Shown in pieces: positions 1 through 12,200 of a stretch of DNA of 64,000 nt (positions are counted from its first letter, which is position 1; each line of letters opens with the position of its first letter). The translations under genes and the position numbers were made by a program. The stretch lies in the NCBI GenBank assembly GCA_037447605.1, contig CM074807.1:2862327-2926326 (forward strand). The letters are read 5' to 3'. The stretch comes from Zygnema circumcarinatum SAG 698-1b (taxonomy: Eukaryota > Plantae > Zygnematophyceae). Under the pieces are notes generated by a model. The model had not been told where the DNA came from and made no database searches. It was given only the letters and a program-made list of their open reading frames with translations.

Positions 1-3000
1 TATGCAGGCATCGAGTTTCAGCGTGGAACAAAGGATGCTGAGCTTTTTGCGGAACTGTTGCAAAAGCACTTCCCAGACCGATTCAAGAAGGTAGTCGGTT
101 TCTCTTTTTTTTCTCTTGTCGTTCTTGCGGCATAGTAAATGCTTGCTGACAGCCTCAAGAGAAAATATCTCCTATAGTTCCTTTCTTAATTCTAAACTGT
201 AAAGCTGTGGTTATCTTGCAGCAAGTTTAGCAGATGTTTCCGATTTCTCATTAGTAACGTTACTCTTCTAGCAAAGCGACTTCCAATTCTGACGATTTGT
301 CGAAAGGTGCGATGACCTTTCTCCACTGACCAGCATCTTGCTGACTCCTTGCAGATCCGGTTTCCCGGCTCTTCCGGGTTTGGCGTGAAGCCTGTCTCGG
401 AGGACGGCTCTAAACGGTTGGTCCGCGCCGCCATCAAGTTCGCACTGGCGAAGGCCCGAAAGAGCGTCACGCTTGTGCATAAGGTTTGCTTTCTCCCCCT
501 GTCTCAGCCGCCGCATACAGAACAGAACAAACTCGCGAAGTTCAGGGTTGCGCCGGACTTTGTTTTTTTATCCTATGTCTTCGAACACACGTTGGGTTCG
601 TACGGAATTGTTTTCCGTGGTGGATATAGTCGTCAGCTGCAAGGTGCTTAAAGTTTATGTGATGGTCCAAGTGCAAGAACGTTTCAGAGTTAAGACTGAT
701 GAACTTCCTAAACGGCCTTGGCCCAAGGAAATTTACCATTTTATTCTAGGAACTGTACCCTTGAAGTACAAAAATCGGGAGGAAGCCGCAATTATGGTAT
801 TATACTGAGATACGTCAGCAGATCACATGTAAACATACTGTGGTCACTGTTTGTTAACTAGTTCAATATGCATTTATCCAGTATTGATATCAGTTTTTCA
901 AACCAAACTGGGCCCAGGCGTTGATGTTAGCTTTTCATTCAAACTGGGCCTTCAACTCCTACCTGTCGGAAATTGTGTCACAAGCTTCCTTGCTGCTCTG
1001 AAACGATGCAGTAACTCTGTGCGATGAAGGGATGCGGAGAGTGGTCACTGTGACGTGGCTGCATCCACCGGCAGCCACTGATCACTGATGTAAGTATTGT
1101 CAGTATGTAAATGAAAGTGAGCCAGCAAGGCTTGGAAAGCAATGTGGTGATTTACAGAAGGAGAGGATGCTTTCTGTTGCCGTACTTCTCAACAGCAGCC
1201 TTCTGACTTCGACCGCATTTAGAACGACGTGACTCGAACTCGCGCGCGTCATTGCGACTTTGAAAGCTGCCACATCAAATCTATGTCCATCTATCCCTGA
1301 AGGATGGTTGAGAATTCACTCTCCGTGTGGCCTAGGCTAACTTTCCTGCTTAGGGATCTTCAAGTCACTCAAATTTGAGCAGTGAACACGATTCTTGGAT
1401 ACAAACCAAACGCACCGATGCTACAAATACTGTTTTAATGCCTGCTGTGTTCAGGGCAACATCATGAAGTTTACAGAAGGTGCATTCCGCGACTGGGGCT
1501 ATGAGGTTGCTCGGGAAGAGTTTCGAGAGGATATCATTACAGAACGTGAAAGCTACATTCTGGACAACAAAGACTCTAATCCAGACATTTCAGTTGAGGT
1601 AAGCAGAGCGTCATCTTTTTTTCATGAAATTGAGGCAGCTAACCTTTCTACCTTTCAAATGGGCCTTTTTAGTCTGCAGACAAACTTTTGTTCGTGCAGG
1701 GCAAACAACAAGGCCTCTTGAAGTGAGAGGAACTTTGAGGAAGTGCCTTTGTACCATACTACCTTCTTTGCCTGACCTTATCTGATGGAAGTACAAACGA
1801 CATCTGCAGGATAATGCGCGTATCTTGGAGCCTGGATACAGTCTTATGCCGCCCAAGCGACAGGACGAGATCCGAAATGAGGTGGAGGGCGTTCTGGCGA
1901 AGCTGCATGCTTCACACGGCGATGGAAAGTGGAAGGAGAAGCTTTTGGTTCGCGATGCGATTGCTGACATTGCTCTACAGCAAGTAAGGGCCGCTATCCA
2001 GGAATTCGCACGTGAGATGGACTGAAGCATGCAAGGAAGTTGTTAAACTGCACGCAATGCTGTTCTTCTGCATTCTGTGTGTATGGCTCTACTGTGATTG
2101 ACAGAGGGGATGGACATTTTGTGGAATTTTCGACAAGTCTTGGCAGTATGGAAACTGGTGGCCCATGATAGATGATGCTCCACATAGACATCATGCTTTG
2201 CCGGCCTGTTGGCTCTGCAGGTACTCACAAGGCCGACCACCTTTGATGTAGTTGCTACGCTCAACCTGAACGGCGATTACCTGAGCGATGCTTTGGCTGC
2301 ACAGGTGAGCTCGCTCCTCGCTTCCGCCTGTACCTTGCAATCTGATTCATATGCAGGCAGGTCCTCATACGTGTCTGAACGAGCTCTACATCTGTATGAA
2401 CTTGCTCGCCGGTTGCCTCATATGATTCGGCACCTGACAGATTGTCGTGTCGTTCTGCAGGTTGGGGGTATCGGCATTGCACCAGGTGGGAATATCAATT
2501 ATGAGACGGGGCACGCCATATTTGAAGCCACACATGGAACAGCACCAAAATATGCAAATCAGGTATGGAGTGTTCAGTTTGTTTCTTTCGCGCACACTCC
2601 AGTCGAACCTTCAAAAAAATCTCGCATCTTTCTGGTTATTGGCAAGGATATGAATGAAGTAATGCTGAGAAAGCTGATTTGTTTGATACCTTCGTGTCTT
2701 TGAGGACAAAAATGAGTGTATTGTCAACTAATGAACTTATTCGATTCTTACTTTCTATCGACGATACCAAGTTTGCTTGTGCATGAAGGATGTGAGCTTA
2801 AGACGGTGTGCTTGTGTTTCCTAAACTTTGGCAGGATAAGGTCAATCCAGGCTCTCTCATCCTGTCGGGAGAACTCCTCCTTCGCCATATTGAATGGAAT
2901 GAGGCGGCGGACCTCATTGTTGCGGGAATGGACCGAACGATTGCGCGGAAGTTGGTGACTTATGACTTCCACCGTCAGATGCGCGACCCCGATGCGAAGC

Positions 3001-3077
3001 TGCTCAAGTGCTCGGAGTTCGCGCAGGCCGTTGTGGACAACATGACAGAGCAGGCGCTCGCCACTGCCCGCCTGTAG
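1..3077 (+). CDS. icd: Prokaryote-type (E. coli Icd-like) NADP-dependent isocitrate dehydrogenase, 5'-partial, spliced
   Basis: GT-AG exons 1-90, 355-483, 1455-1598, 1810-1983, 2221-2304, 2461-2562 and 2835-3077 join in frame. They give YAGIEF...IRFP...KSVTLVHK|[16 protein letters not shown]...IADIALQQ|VLTRP...[14 protein letters not shown]|[13 protein letters not shown]...[13 protein letters not shown]|[11 protein letters not shown]...VTYDFHR. Confidence 0.95.
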
Positions 3078-3982
3078 CCGGGTCGGCTGTAGCCGGGGCG
3101 GCTGTAGCACGTGCGCCAACCTCGTCTTGGCGTGCAGTCACAACACAAGGGCAGGAGCGGAGGGTTGCCCTCCGCCCCTGCAAGTGGACAGGGTGAGCTG
3201 TTGTACATCCTCCAGCAGGGCAGGGATAGGTCAGCTTCGCACTTCGTGCTCTTGTTGCATGCACGTAGCACACTTGTTAGGCGTTCTCGCCTTTTGAAGT
3301 TTTGTGTACAGTGAAGTAGAAGGCCACGGGGTGTGTTCTTTTGTACAGAGGACAAACGATCTGCAGTTGTACTGACTAACTCGTCTGTGGAAAGCCTCAG
3401 ACTCTAAACAAGGGTCTGACTCTCTTTTTTCATGAGCAATAAGACCTTTCAAAAGTAGAGTTTCAGATGCAGTTTCCCGCAGATCCAAGGCCACTAGAAA
3501 CAGCTACTGCGCATGTGCGCAGAGCGTAATCCCGTAAACTGTTTCAGAAGTTTGAGCACTGGCTGGTTTGGCAAGCGGGTGTTGTGGGAGGAAAAGATTT
3601 GAATTACAGACAAAAAAGCATGCGCAAAAACTCAACCATTCAACCTTACAAACGTGCACTCCATTTAGAGCTTTCAATGTGGCTAAATATGTGGAACGGC
3701 GATGCGGAATGGCTTAGACCCATCCAGGGTTCGCAACGCCCATGCCCGGCCATGGACATCCAAATCTTGTGCTATATGTAGTCCGATCGTGTGCATTGTA
3801 GACTCACTTGTTGCTGACAGACGCCCAAGCCTAGAAAGGTAGCACCGTACACTCGCATTCCATGCGACCTCCATCCCTTTCGAACACCCGGCAGCCTCCC
3901 TCCCTGCCGCTGACTCCCATACTTGCAATCCTCATCCTCTCCCATGCGGCATTGCATTGGCACTGCCACAACGTAAATGCAG

Positions 3983-4147
3983 CCATCCATCCATCCATCC
4001 GTCCATCCATTCATCCACCCACCCATCCATCCATCCATCCGTCCATCCATTCATCCACACCCACCCATCCGTCCATCCACCCATCCATCCATCCATCTAT
4101 CCACCCATCCGTCCATCCATCCATCCATCCATCCATCCAACCATCCA
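3983..4147 (+). repeat. (CCAT)n microsatellite with CCGT/CCAC variants
   Basis: Directly visible tandem array; it produces the spurious HPSI/MDGW ORFs. Confidence 0.95.
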
Positions 4148-5207
4148 TGTCGAGGGGCACTTCCGCCCAGTCCCCATCCATCAGTCCCTCCCTCCCTAGG
4201 GAACCACCAGCAAGGTCCCGTTCCGACGTTCCGGTCCGGCCCCACGGGCCGTCCAACGGTCCAACTGCTTCCGTACGGCGCGGTCACCGCTCGTTCCCAC
4301 TTCCCGTACACCCGCGCCGGAAAACGTTGCCGACTGTACACGTTCGGACGTCTTCGTACACAATCGGTTCGTTAGTACTGTACGGCCGGTCATACTCGGA
4401 CGCGTGACGCCTGCCTCTCCCCGAGGCGGCGGCTCGCTTGCACGGCTCTCCCTCTCTCTCTCTCTGTGCGCTAAGCCCTCTCTGCCTCCCTCGCCTTCTC
4501 CCAGAAGGGCGGCTGCCTGCACGTGGCCCCACTCCCCACCCTCGGCACGAGCAGGCCCATATACAGTGCTCGCCTCGCGCTGTCATCGCCTGTACTGCTT
4601 CGTCGTTGCTCGCTCGCTCGCTCCCTCCGCAGCCGGAGGCCACTGCGCCTTTGTTTCCGTGAGTGGCTGTGGCTGGGTGTGTGTGGCTTTTTTTTTTTTG
4701 GGTTTTTGTAGCTTTGGGGAGGAAGGCAGTAGGAGAATCCGGGTGTTGACGGGAGGGTGTCGGCGGGTAGCGGTTGCAGGAAGACAGAAGTGCTGATTTT
4801 TGCCTCTTTCAGGCTTCTCCAGCAGCTATCCACTCTGGCGTCTTTGCCAAGTCCCGCTGCACGCTTAGGCGTGCCTGGTGTCTCAGCCATACTGGGCCGC
4901 AGCAGCATCGTTGCCCTTCGCTGCCACGAGAAGCTTCATACCTGGAGGCGGGTGCGCATGATCGTGGGAGTCTCCCTTGACTACGGCTAATTATCTTTCA
5001 GGGAAGAAATATCCCTATAAGATGTGAGCACCGTGCGGCTGAGGAGGGCAATTGAGCTCTCAAGTTTGATCGGTTTACGTTTTTGCATAGAAGAACAGGA
5101 CACTTCCGGACAGCGAGCAGGTTTTGGTTGTTGAGAGCATTTGGCGGGGACACGCAATCGTCTGAGGAGGGCTAGAAGGCGTAGGGCCATATTTTTTCGA
5201 TCTTAAA

Positions 5208-8071
5208 ATGGGCATAAGAAAGCTTGGGTTCTTTTCACTGCTAAGCCGTGCACGACCTGAAGATATCCATGACAAGGTGAGAGGGCCTATAAAGCAGGGA
5301 TTTTTTTTTTTTGTATGTTGTGAATTAAATCGTGTGCAACAGTTTCGTTTTCTAGTTCTGCTTTACTTGCATAGCTGTGTTAAGAGCAATTCCAGAGTCG
5401 AAAACGCCAACTGATCGAGATGCTTGCCTGTCTTGCAGGATTTGCGGTTACGTCACTCAACAAGGAAGGTGGCGCCGCAGCAGGCTTCTCATCAGTTACC
5501 TGACCTTGTGAATTCAAGCGTATATGAAGTGCAAGTCGTTGTCGATGTTGTCGAGGCTCAACATGTGGTATTGGAGATGCAGCCGATATCTGCAAAGACT
5601 CTTACTGTAGCACCTCTGGGGACAAGTGAGGAAAATTCTGTCGAGCTGGAAGATCGGAACACTTCAGAAAGTAACAGCAGCGGAGACCGTGCTGGGAGTT
5701 GGGAGAAGCAGAATCAGTCGGCCCATGATGAAATGGAGCAGAATGAGGAAGTTAGCGAGCTAGGTGTCAGAGGGTCTGACAGTTATGGTGGTTGTTTCGA
5801 GGGGCGCATGGATGCAAGAACCAAAGAACTCAGCCGCTCATTCAGTGATACATGCTTGCAGCAGGCCGTGGAAAGGTTCGATGTAGATGATTACCGAAAC
5901 TTCCCCGTGGGCGAGTCTCAGAAAGATGTCAGGCACGCTAGAAAGTCACATGGCAGTTGTGATATGCTGTCTAAGTTCAGTGGTAAGGGCAATCTATGGC
6001 CTCGGCATTCGGCCAGCTCTAGTCCTGCACGTGCACAAATCCACTTGCTGTCGGACGTGATCAGTCTTCAGGAGCTTTTGGGAGTTGGGCAGGGAAAGGG
6101 TGTCTTAAGCTCCAACTTGGATGTCAGAGAGTTGTTTTCTACGTTTAGTCCATCGAAGCTTGAGTTCAGAAACAGAGAACCACCTGACGCTATCGACTGC
6201 TTCTCTGAAGGTGGCCACCTTGGGAGCCCTTCGAAGGAAAAGGTGGTTGAAAACTGGCGAGGTGACGCTAGTCATCTTGATGCTTTGTCTCTTGGGAAGC
6301 TGCCTGAAAGCAGCATGAACAGAGTTCACGAGTGGGTGACCAGCTCTGTCCTGCTGGATTACTTCCCTCTAGATGATTCTGAGAAGAACGTCTGGCCAGA
6401 AGCGGAGGAGCCGGCCATAGCTGGCCACTCTAAGGACGTGCTGCTGTCTGAAGAATTTTCTGCGTTAAAGGTCATGTCAGATGAAGTGGTTGGACTAGAT
6501 TTTGTGACAGGGAGGGCAGTAAGCCATGTCCCAGCCCTCGATATGGATGTGGAGCACGCGAATCGCCTTGCAAGGACTTTGGAGTGGAATGCAACCACAG
6601 CAGTATTCTCTATGCATGGGCTGAAGGTGGTGCCCGCCATAGCAGCCTTCCACCATTTGAAGAGCCTATGTCTCTCCCATAATTCTATCGGTGAGGACAA
6701 CCGTTTTTCTTGTCCCTTGCTGTATTTGTTGTAAATGTATGTGTCGCCGTTCTCTCGTCTATTGTACGTTTTCTTTCAACAAGTTACACTGTGGATGGGA
6801 ATCGCGAAGATGAGGGACAAGTAGGACGCTTGTTGGAATGCTGCTCATGAGTTTTTTGTGCCAACTGTGCAGGTCGCATACTGTCGGGTACCCTTCCGCG
6901 CGGGCTGCATGTTCTGGACTTGTCGTATAATTCTCTCACTGCAATTGAGGGTCTCAGAGATTTGATTCGACTAAGAGTTCTTAATCTCAGCTACAATCGC
7001 CTGACACGTATTGGCCATGGTAAAAGCCTTATCAGAGAACAGCTCCTACTCTCTGAAATACCGTGGCAGGCACTAGGTTGTTTGCTGTTTAGAATCCCAT
7101 AGTGGTTGGTCATGCAATTGCCTGCGTCCAGTATTGTGAGATCTGAATGCCCGAAGGAAGACAGCTTGACTCCCGTTGCGCAAACTTAAGGCAGCTTCTT
7201 CACGTCAGAAATGTTGGCTGATCTCATACACATTTTTCGTTTTGGCAGGTTTGGCAAGCTGCACGTCTATACGCCAACTTTACTTGGCAGGCAACAAAAT
7301 CAGTGAGATCGAGGGTCTTCACCGTCTGCTGAAATTAACGATGTTGGATCTGAGTTTCAATAAACTGACAAGCACCAAGGCTTTTAGCCAGCTGGCTGCT
7401 AACTATGGATCCCTTCAGATGCTCAACCTTGTGGGGAATCCGATCCAAATGAACCTTGGAGGAGATGCCTTACGGCGCGTGATCATTGGTATGTTGGTCC
7501 ACTCTTTTGCTCGACGCGCAGTTTTTCCTTGGTCATGTTGCTTGACTTTGCAGGTCTGAAAGTAATTAGGAGGCATGTGCTCTTATCTTTTATCAGTATT
7601 CGGGTACTTTTACGGATGTGTCCTTGGAATGTGATCATGCATACCTGCGCTGATATAGCAAATCATGTCAATGTTTTCTCCTTTCACAACTTGTTTTACC
7701 CCTCGTACATTCTTATCCTCCTTTGCGTTACTGACGTGCCACCCTCTTTACTTCATCCAGGGCTCGTGCCGCATCTGGTGTACCTCAACGATGCTCCCAC
7801 CAAGACTCTGTCTTCAAGAGAGGTGGTGGCAGATCGGAGGACTGTTGGGAAGCCGCTCGGTAGCCGGGCTTCTGCCCGCATTCCTGCCGGCAAGAAATCT
7901 TCTGCCGGGCATCATCGGAGCCGCAGGTCAAGCACTGCCACAACCGCCACTCCAAAGAACGGCAGCAGCAGATCTCATGCAGAAAAATTGCAGGCGCAAG
8001 CTCGGGCTTCTAAGGCTGCCCCTGGAGGGCAGACTCCCAAGTCTGACACAAATGGTGCTCGTGCGGCATAA
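5208..8071 (+). CDS. Leucine-rich-repeat (SDS22/outer-arm dynein LC1-like) protein; resembles plant At4g03260/MASP1 family
   Basis: Probable exons are 5208-5276, 5439-6690, about 6873-7020, about 7249-7488 and about 7760-8071. LRRs read LKSLCLSHNSI, LPRGLHVLDLSYNSL, LRVLNLSYNRL, GLASCTSIRQLYLAGNKISEIEGLHRLLKLTMLDLSFNKL, QLAANYGSLQ, followed by a basic Ser-rich tail. The first exon and stop are less certain. Confidence 0.8.
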
Positions 8072-8530
8072 GTGCATGGTTCACAACAAACGAACTTGCT
8101 GGAGGGTTGTAAGTGCAGCTCCCTGAGTTGGATGGTAGGGGAGGCAGCAAGAGGCAAGGCGAAGTTCCGTTGCTTGGATGAAGGGGGGTACTGTAGGGTG
8201 TTATCTACTTTTGAGTTGTTGGAAGGAGACAGTCGGACAAGTTTGCAGAATATTCATGGGTGGCATCAAAACGTGCACTACTTTTTGCATTTGAATCCTC
8301 TTTCTGGGCGTCATGCGTTCTGTGTGACTTCGCTGTGGTGCCGTGCACAAGGAGAGACCGCAGTTGTCTGAATAGCATTGGACCAAAGTTATAGCTGGAA
8401 ACCTGAGTGTAGTCCTCAGCAGGAAGAAAGGCAGGAAGGCCTGCTTGCGGTGGACCTCCTGCGAGCTTCTCGACAAGTTGTGACATGGCGGCCGTCATCG
8501 CCACTGCCCCTTGGCTGTTGGCCGACCACA

Positions 8531-8742
8531 ATGACCATGACCATGGCCATGACCATGACCATGACCATGACCATGACCATGACCATGACCATGACCATGA
8601 CCATGACCATGACCATGACCATGACCATGACCATGACCATGACCATGACCATGACCATGACCATGACCATGACCATGACCATGACCATGACCATGACCAT
8701 GACCATGACCATGACCATGACCATGACCATGACCATGACCAT
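8531..8742 (+). repeat. (ATGACC)n hexanucleotide microsatellite, about 35 units
   Basis: Directly visible near-perfect array; source of the MT/DH/HG/WS repeat ORFs. Shorter (GCCT)n at about 8781-8816 and (CCTCCG)n at about 8934-8969 follow. Confidence 0.97.
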
Positions 8743-9294
8743 GTGTTCGTGTGGTTGTGCGTGTGGGGCATTCGGGAGGGAGGGAGGGCGTGCCTGCCTG
8801 CCTGCCTGCCTGCCTGCGTGGAGTCTCCTCCTCTCCTGGCCGCGGCCCGCGCAGTAGCGCTTGGTACAATAATGCAGCCACGTCTCTAATCGCGGCCGAA
8901 GGGCACCCGCCGACGCGGCGGCGTATACGAACCCTCCGCCTCCGCCTCCGCCTCCGCCTCCGCCTCCGCCCGGAGCACTCACTCCCTCACCCTCTCTCCC
9001 TCCAAGTGGGGCCTGCCCGCCGGCCTGCCTGCCTGTAGCGGTCCCGCCCGTGCACATGGCATGCACACACACACGCACGCATGCACGCATGCATCGGCGC
9101 GATATCCCGATATGCGCGACCACACCGAATAGTATATCGGAACGATATCGTGATGGTGAATCGTTACGATACGATACGAAACGAATCCGCCGGTGCCGCA
9201 AGCGAAGGCGCAAGGAGAATATTCTGCCTCCCTAGCTCGCTCGCGCTGACTTTGCCGAGAGGGAGGAGGAAGCTGGCGAGGAAGGATGGGAGCC

Positions 9295-12200
9295 ATGGCG
9301 GGAGACCCGCATGGCACGGATACTCTCGCACACTTGGCTGACGCGCTGGCAGCACTGCCTTCGCCGATTTCTCTCAAGACGGTACATCCGTTGCTGCGCC
9401 TGTGTCCTTCCTTCCAGGCACAGAGCAAGGGGGAGTATGTGGGTGGTAGTGAAACTGCTTCGCAATGGAGAAGGCCAAGTTTTGTATATCATCAAGCGCC
9501 TACGCAGCGGCAGCTCGGTGGCCTGTTGGCGCTTGCTCGATTTCTTGCAACGTCGAAGAGTCTCTTACACGCGGACCTTTTGCCACATTTGTTGGATTTT
9601 CTGCAAGCCGTTCCTTTCCTGTCCCTTTCACATCCATCAGTACCCGCGTTTGCCAATCTACCGAAAGATTACTTTCAAAATTTCTGCTCATACCTCTCTG
9701 TTATTGCTAAAAATGCTCCCGTCACACGAGAGGACGTCAGTGCAGCTATTGGAGCAGTAATCGATGACATTTCCCACCGTCTCGGAGCTGAAGGCTCCCC
9801 GGTCTCGTCCGAAGGGGCTGGTATTCAGCTTCCTGTGCCTCTTCCCCAGCTCTTGGAAGCACTTGCAATCCATTGCCCTCCAATCCAGCGAACACATGCA
9901 AACGCACTTGCACATATTATTTATGATCGCTTGTTGCAGCCAGAAGAGGGAACAGATACTGCACAACCTGGCAAAGACGGTGAGCAACCAGAGAGCGTGT
10001 TGGCAACAGTCTTGCATGGAGTGCGGACGGGGGGGGCATTCCTAGGAAGCCAGCTGGTAGGAGGAAACTTTTTTGGCAGTAAGGTGGAATCTGATGCTTC
10101 TTCAGGCGCCACAGATGAGCAGATTCAGGAGTCTGCCGATTCCGGATTAGTAGCATTTGAAAACAGTTTTAGCTCGTCGTCCGCAAAGGGATTAGTCAAG
10201 GTATCCTCCACCAATGGAGAAACGCCACATGCACAAGAATCCTCCCCCCGTTTTTTCACATTTAACCCGTCTCCCATTGGCCCCAAGCATCACGTATATG
10301 CATCCACTACCATCTTGGAAGGGAAGGAGGTGGGGTTACTTATTTTCAATCAACTGCTCTGTGCAAACTTGCACTCTACGGACGCTTTTGACATCGCACT
10401 TCTCGGAAAATATCACGACGTTTCTTCCAGAGACTTGAACGCAGCCCTCCAACTTCTCAAGGTGCTATTACCTTTTTCAACTTACTTGCCCTTTAATACT
10501 GGTATAGCTACTCGCCTTATTCTTTTACTTGCGCAACCAAGCCTAAAGGCTAGGGACATCAATTGCTTGTTTAGTCAGTTACTTATTGAACTAGAGAGGA
10601 TATTTCGCTGGATCTAAGGAAAATTAGTAGCAAAAAGAGGTTCTCAGAAAATAGAAAATATTTTAAGTTGAAATTGAATGATGAATTTTAAAGTTAGTGA
10701 AGTATCGGATAAGAAAGCTCAGAAATGTAGGAGAAAAATCAGAGAAAATGGACGGTGGTGACAAGTTTTAAATTCGACAGGGTAAGAAAGCAGAGAGAAG
10801 GGCCAACGTGGCGGAATTCCTGAGTTGTGTTTCTCAGTCTGGAACAGCACCCATCGCTGTTGCAGTACATTAGTTTACAGCTCAAGGAAACGTTCCAAAG
10901 CAATTCAATGAGACTGGTGAAAATGAATTCTTCTGTCTTGATAGTGCTGGTGAAGTCTTGGAAGTGTTTGTTTTACAGGAAGCACACATGGCAAGAAAAT
11001 AGTAGCTAGTCATCCTACTGCCACTGCGCTAGCAAGTGGAGATTGAGACTACTAGCTCTATCCAAAAATGTTTATTTGTACATATGTGAAAATGTCGTAA
11101 CTCCATTGAAACTCAATATCTGGAGGGAAAAGTCAGTAGGGTTTTCTGTGAACCACATGTTTTGCACTCGAAACAAAGATTTAATTCTTTAACTCACGGA
11201 CTAGTATTTTCCGTTCGTGTGATAGATTAGTATTCGATTAGTTGAGGATTTCTGGACGATAGTGTGTTCATCAGTTACCTCGAAGCAGAGATTGCTTTCA
11301 TTTATTCAAGTTTCCGTTGGGATCCTGGGTCTCTCACGAGCAGTTTACATTCGGAGGAGTCTTAGCCCCTGATCCGTAATTTGTGCTGATGTGAACTTTT
11401 GACGAGGGTGGGATTTGTTTCTCAAGATGCGGAAAGGAGAATACCCTGATTCAGATCCTGCCTATCGAGGCCGAGCAGTAGCCACCCTCCGGATTGCCCG
11501 AGCTGCTGCAATTGTGGATGGAGAGTTATTTGGGCAAGCTATGAACGAAGATCACTCTATGGCAGCAATAAGGATGAAGGCTATCAACTTGCTCTGGGAT
11601 CTGGCAGATGCATGCGTGAAGTCTGCTCTACGCAAGGTATGGCATCTCTCTATAACTTTCAGGGTCTCGTGCGATCATACAGCGTGGACGTGCAAACTGT
11701 CGAATGCAACTTGTCCTACTAGGGAGCATGCGCAGTTTATAGCATTAAGCTGCTCCTTTCAAGAATGATTTCTACTTTGAGTGCGGAACAGGTTTTACTG
11801 ATAGCTTTTAAGGACGTCTTTGGGAGGCAGATGCCTGCATGTGAGGAGCTCTTCCAAGCACTGGTGACAGCAGCTGCACGCATAGCAAGTTCCCACGAAC
11901 CTGCTCTGTTGCGTTCGAGCCTACTACGATTCAGGGGTTTGCTCATCAATGTTTGTGTTCAGGTATGTTCGTCTGTGTGAGCAAAACAGAGGCTGCAGAC
12001 TGCTCGTCAACGATTGGGTTGAGCAAATGGGTGATTTTCTGTGCTTCAGGAAATAATTACAGTCGAGGTTCCATTCAAGGACTCTCCGAATGCTTCCATG
12101 CTGGAAAGTTTGGAGGCAAATTTGAACGTAGTGGCATCTGCTGGCTGTCAAAGGGATCCTACCTCAGTTGAGGCCTTCTTCACCCGCCTGGGCGGTTACC

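Noticed and set aside
1220-1275. tRNA-Sec-like TTCAA loop plus GTTCGAGTC on the minus strand of the IDH intron
   Set aside because: The stems do not pair adequately and no cloverleaf can be built.
3072-3108. Three CTGTAGC-containing 15-bp repeats overlapping the IDH stop
   Set aside because: A short local slippage duplication with no evidence of function.
3772-4407. HPSI/MDGW repeat ORFs
   Set aside because: Translation of the (CCAT)n satellite.
8205-8889. ORFs with (MT)n, (DH)n, (HG)n, (WS)n and (MV)n repeats, which look like His-rich metal-binding proteins
   Set aside because: They are simply the six-frame readings of a stop-poor (ATGACC)n microsatellite, with no flanking coding signal.
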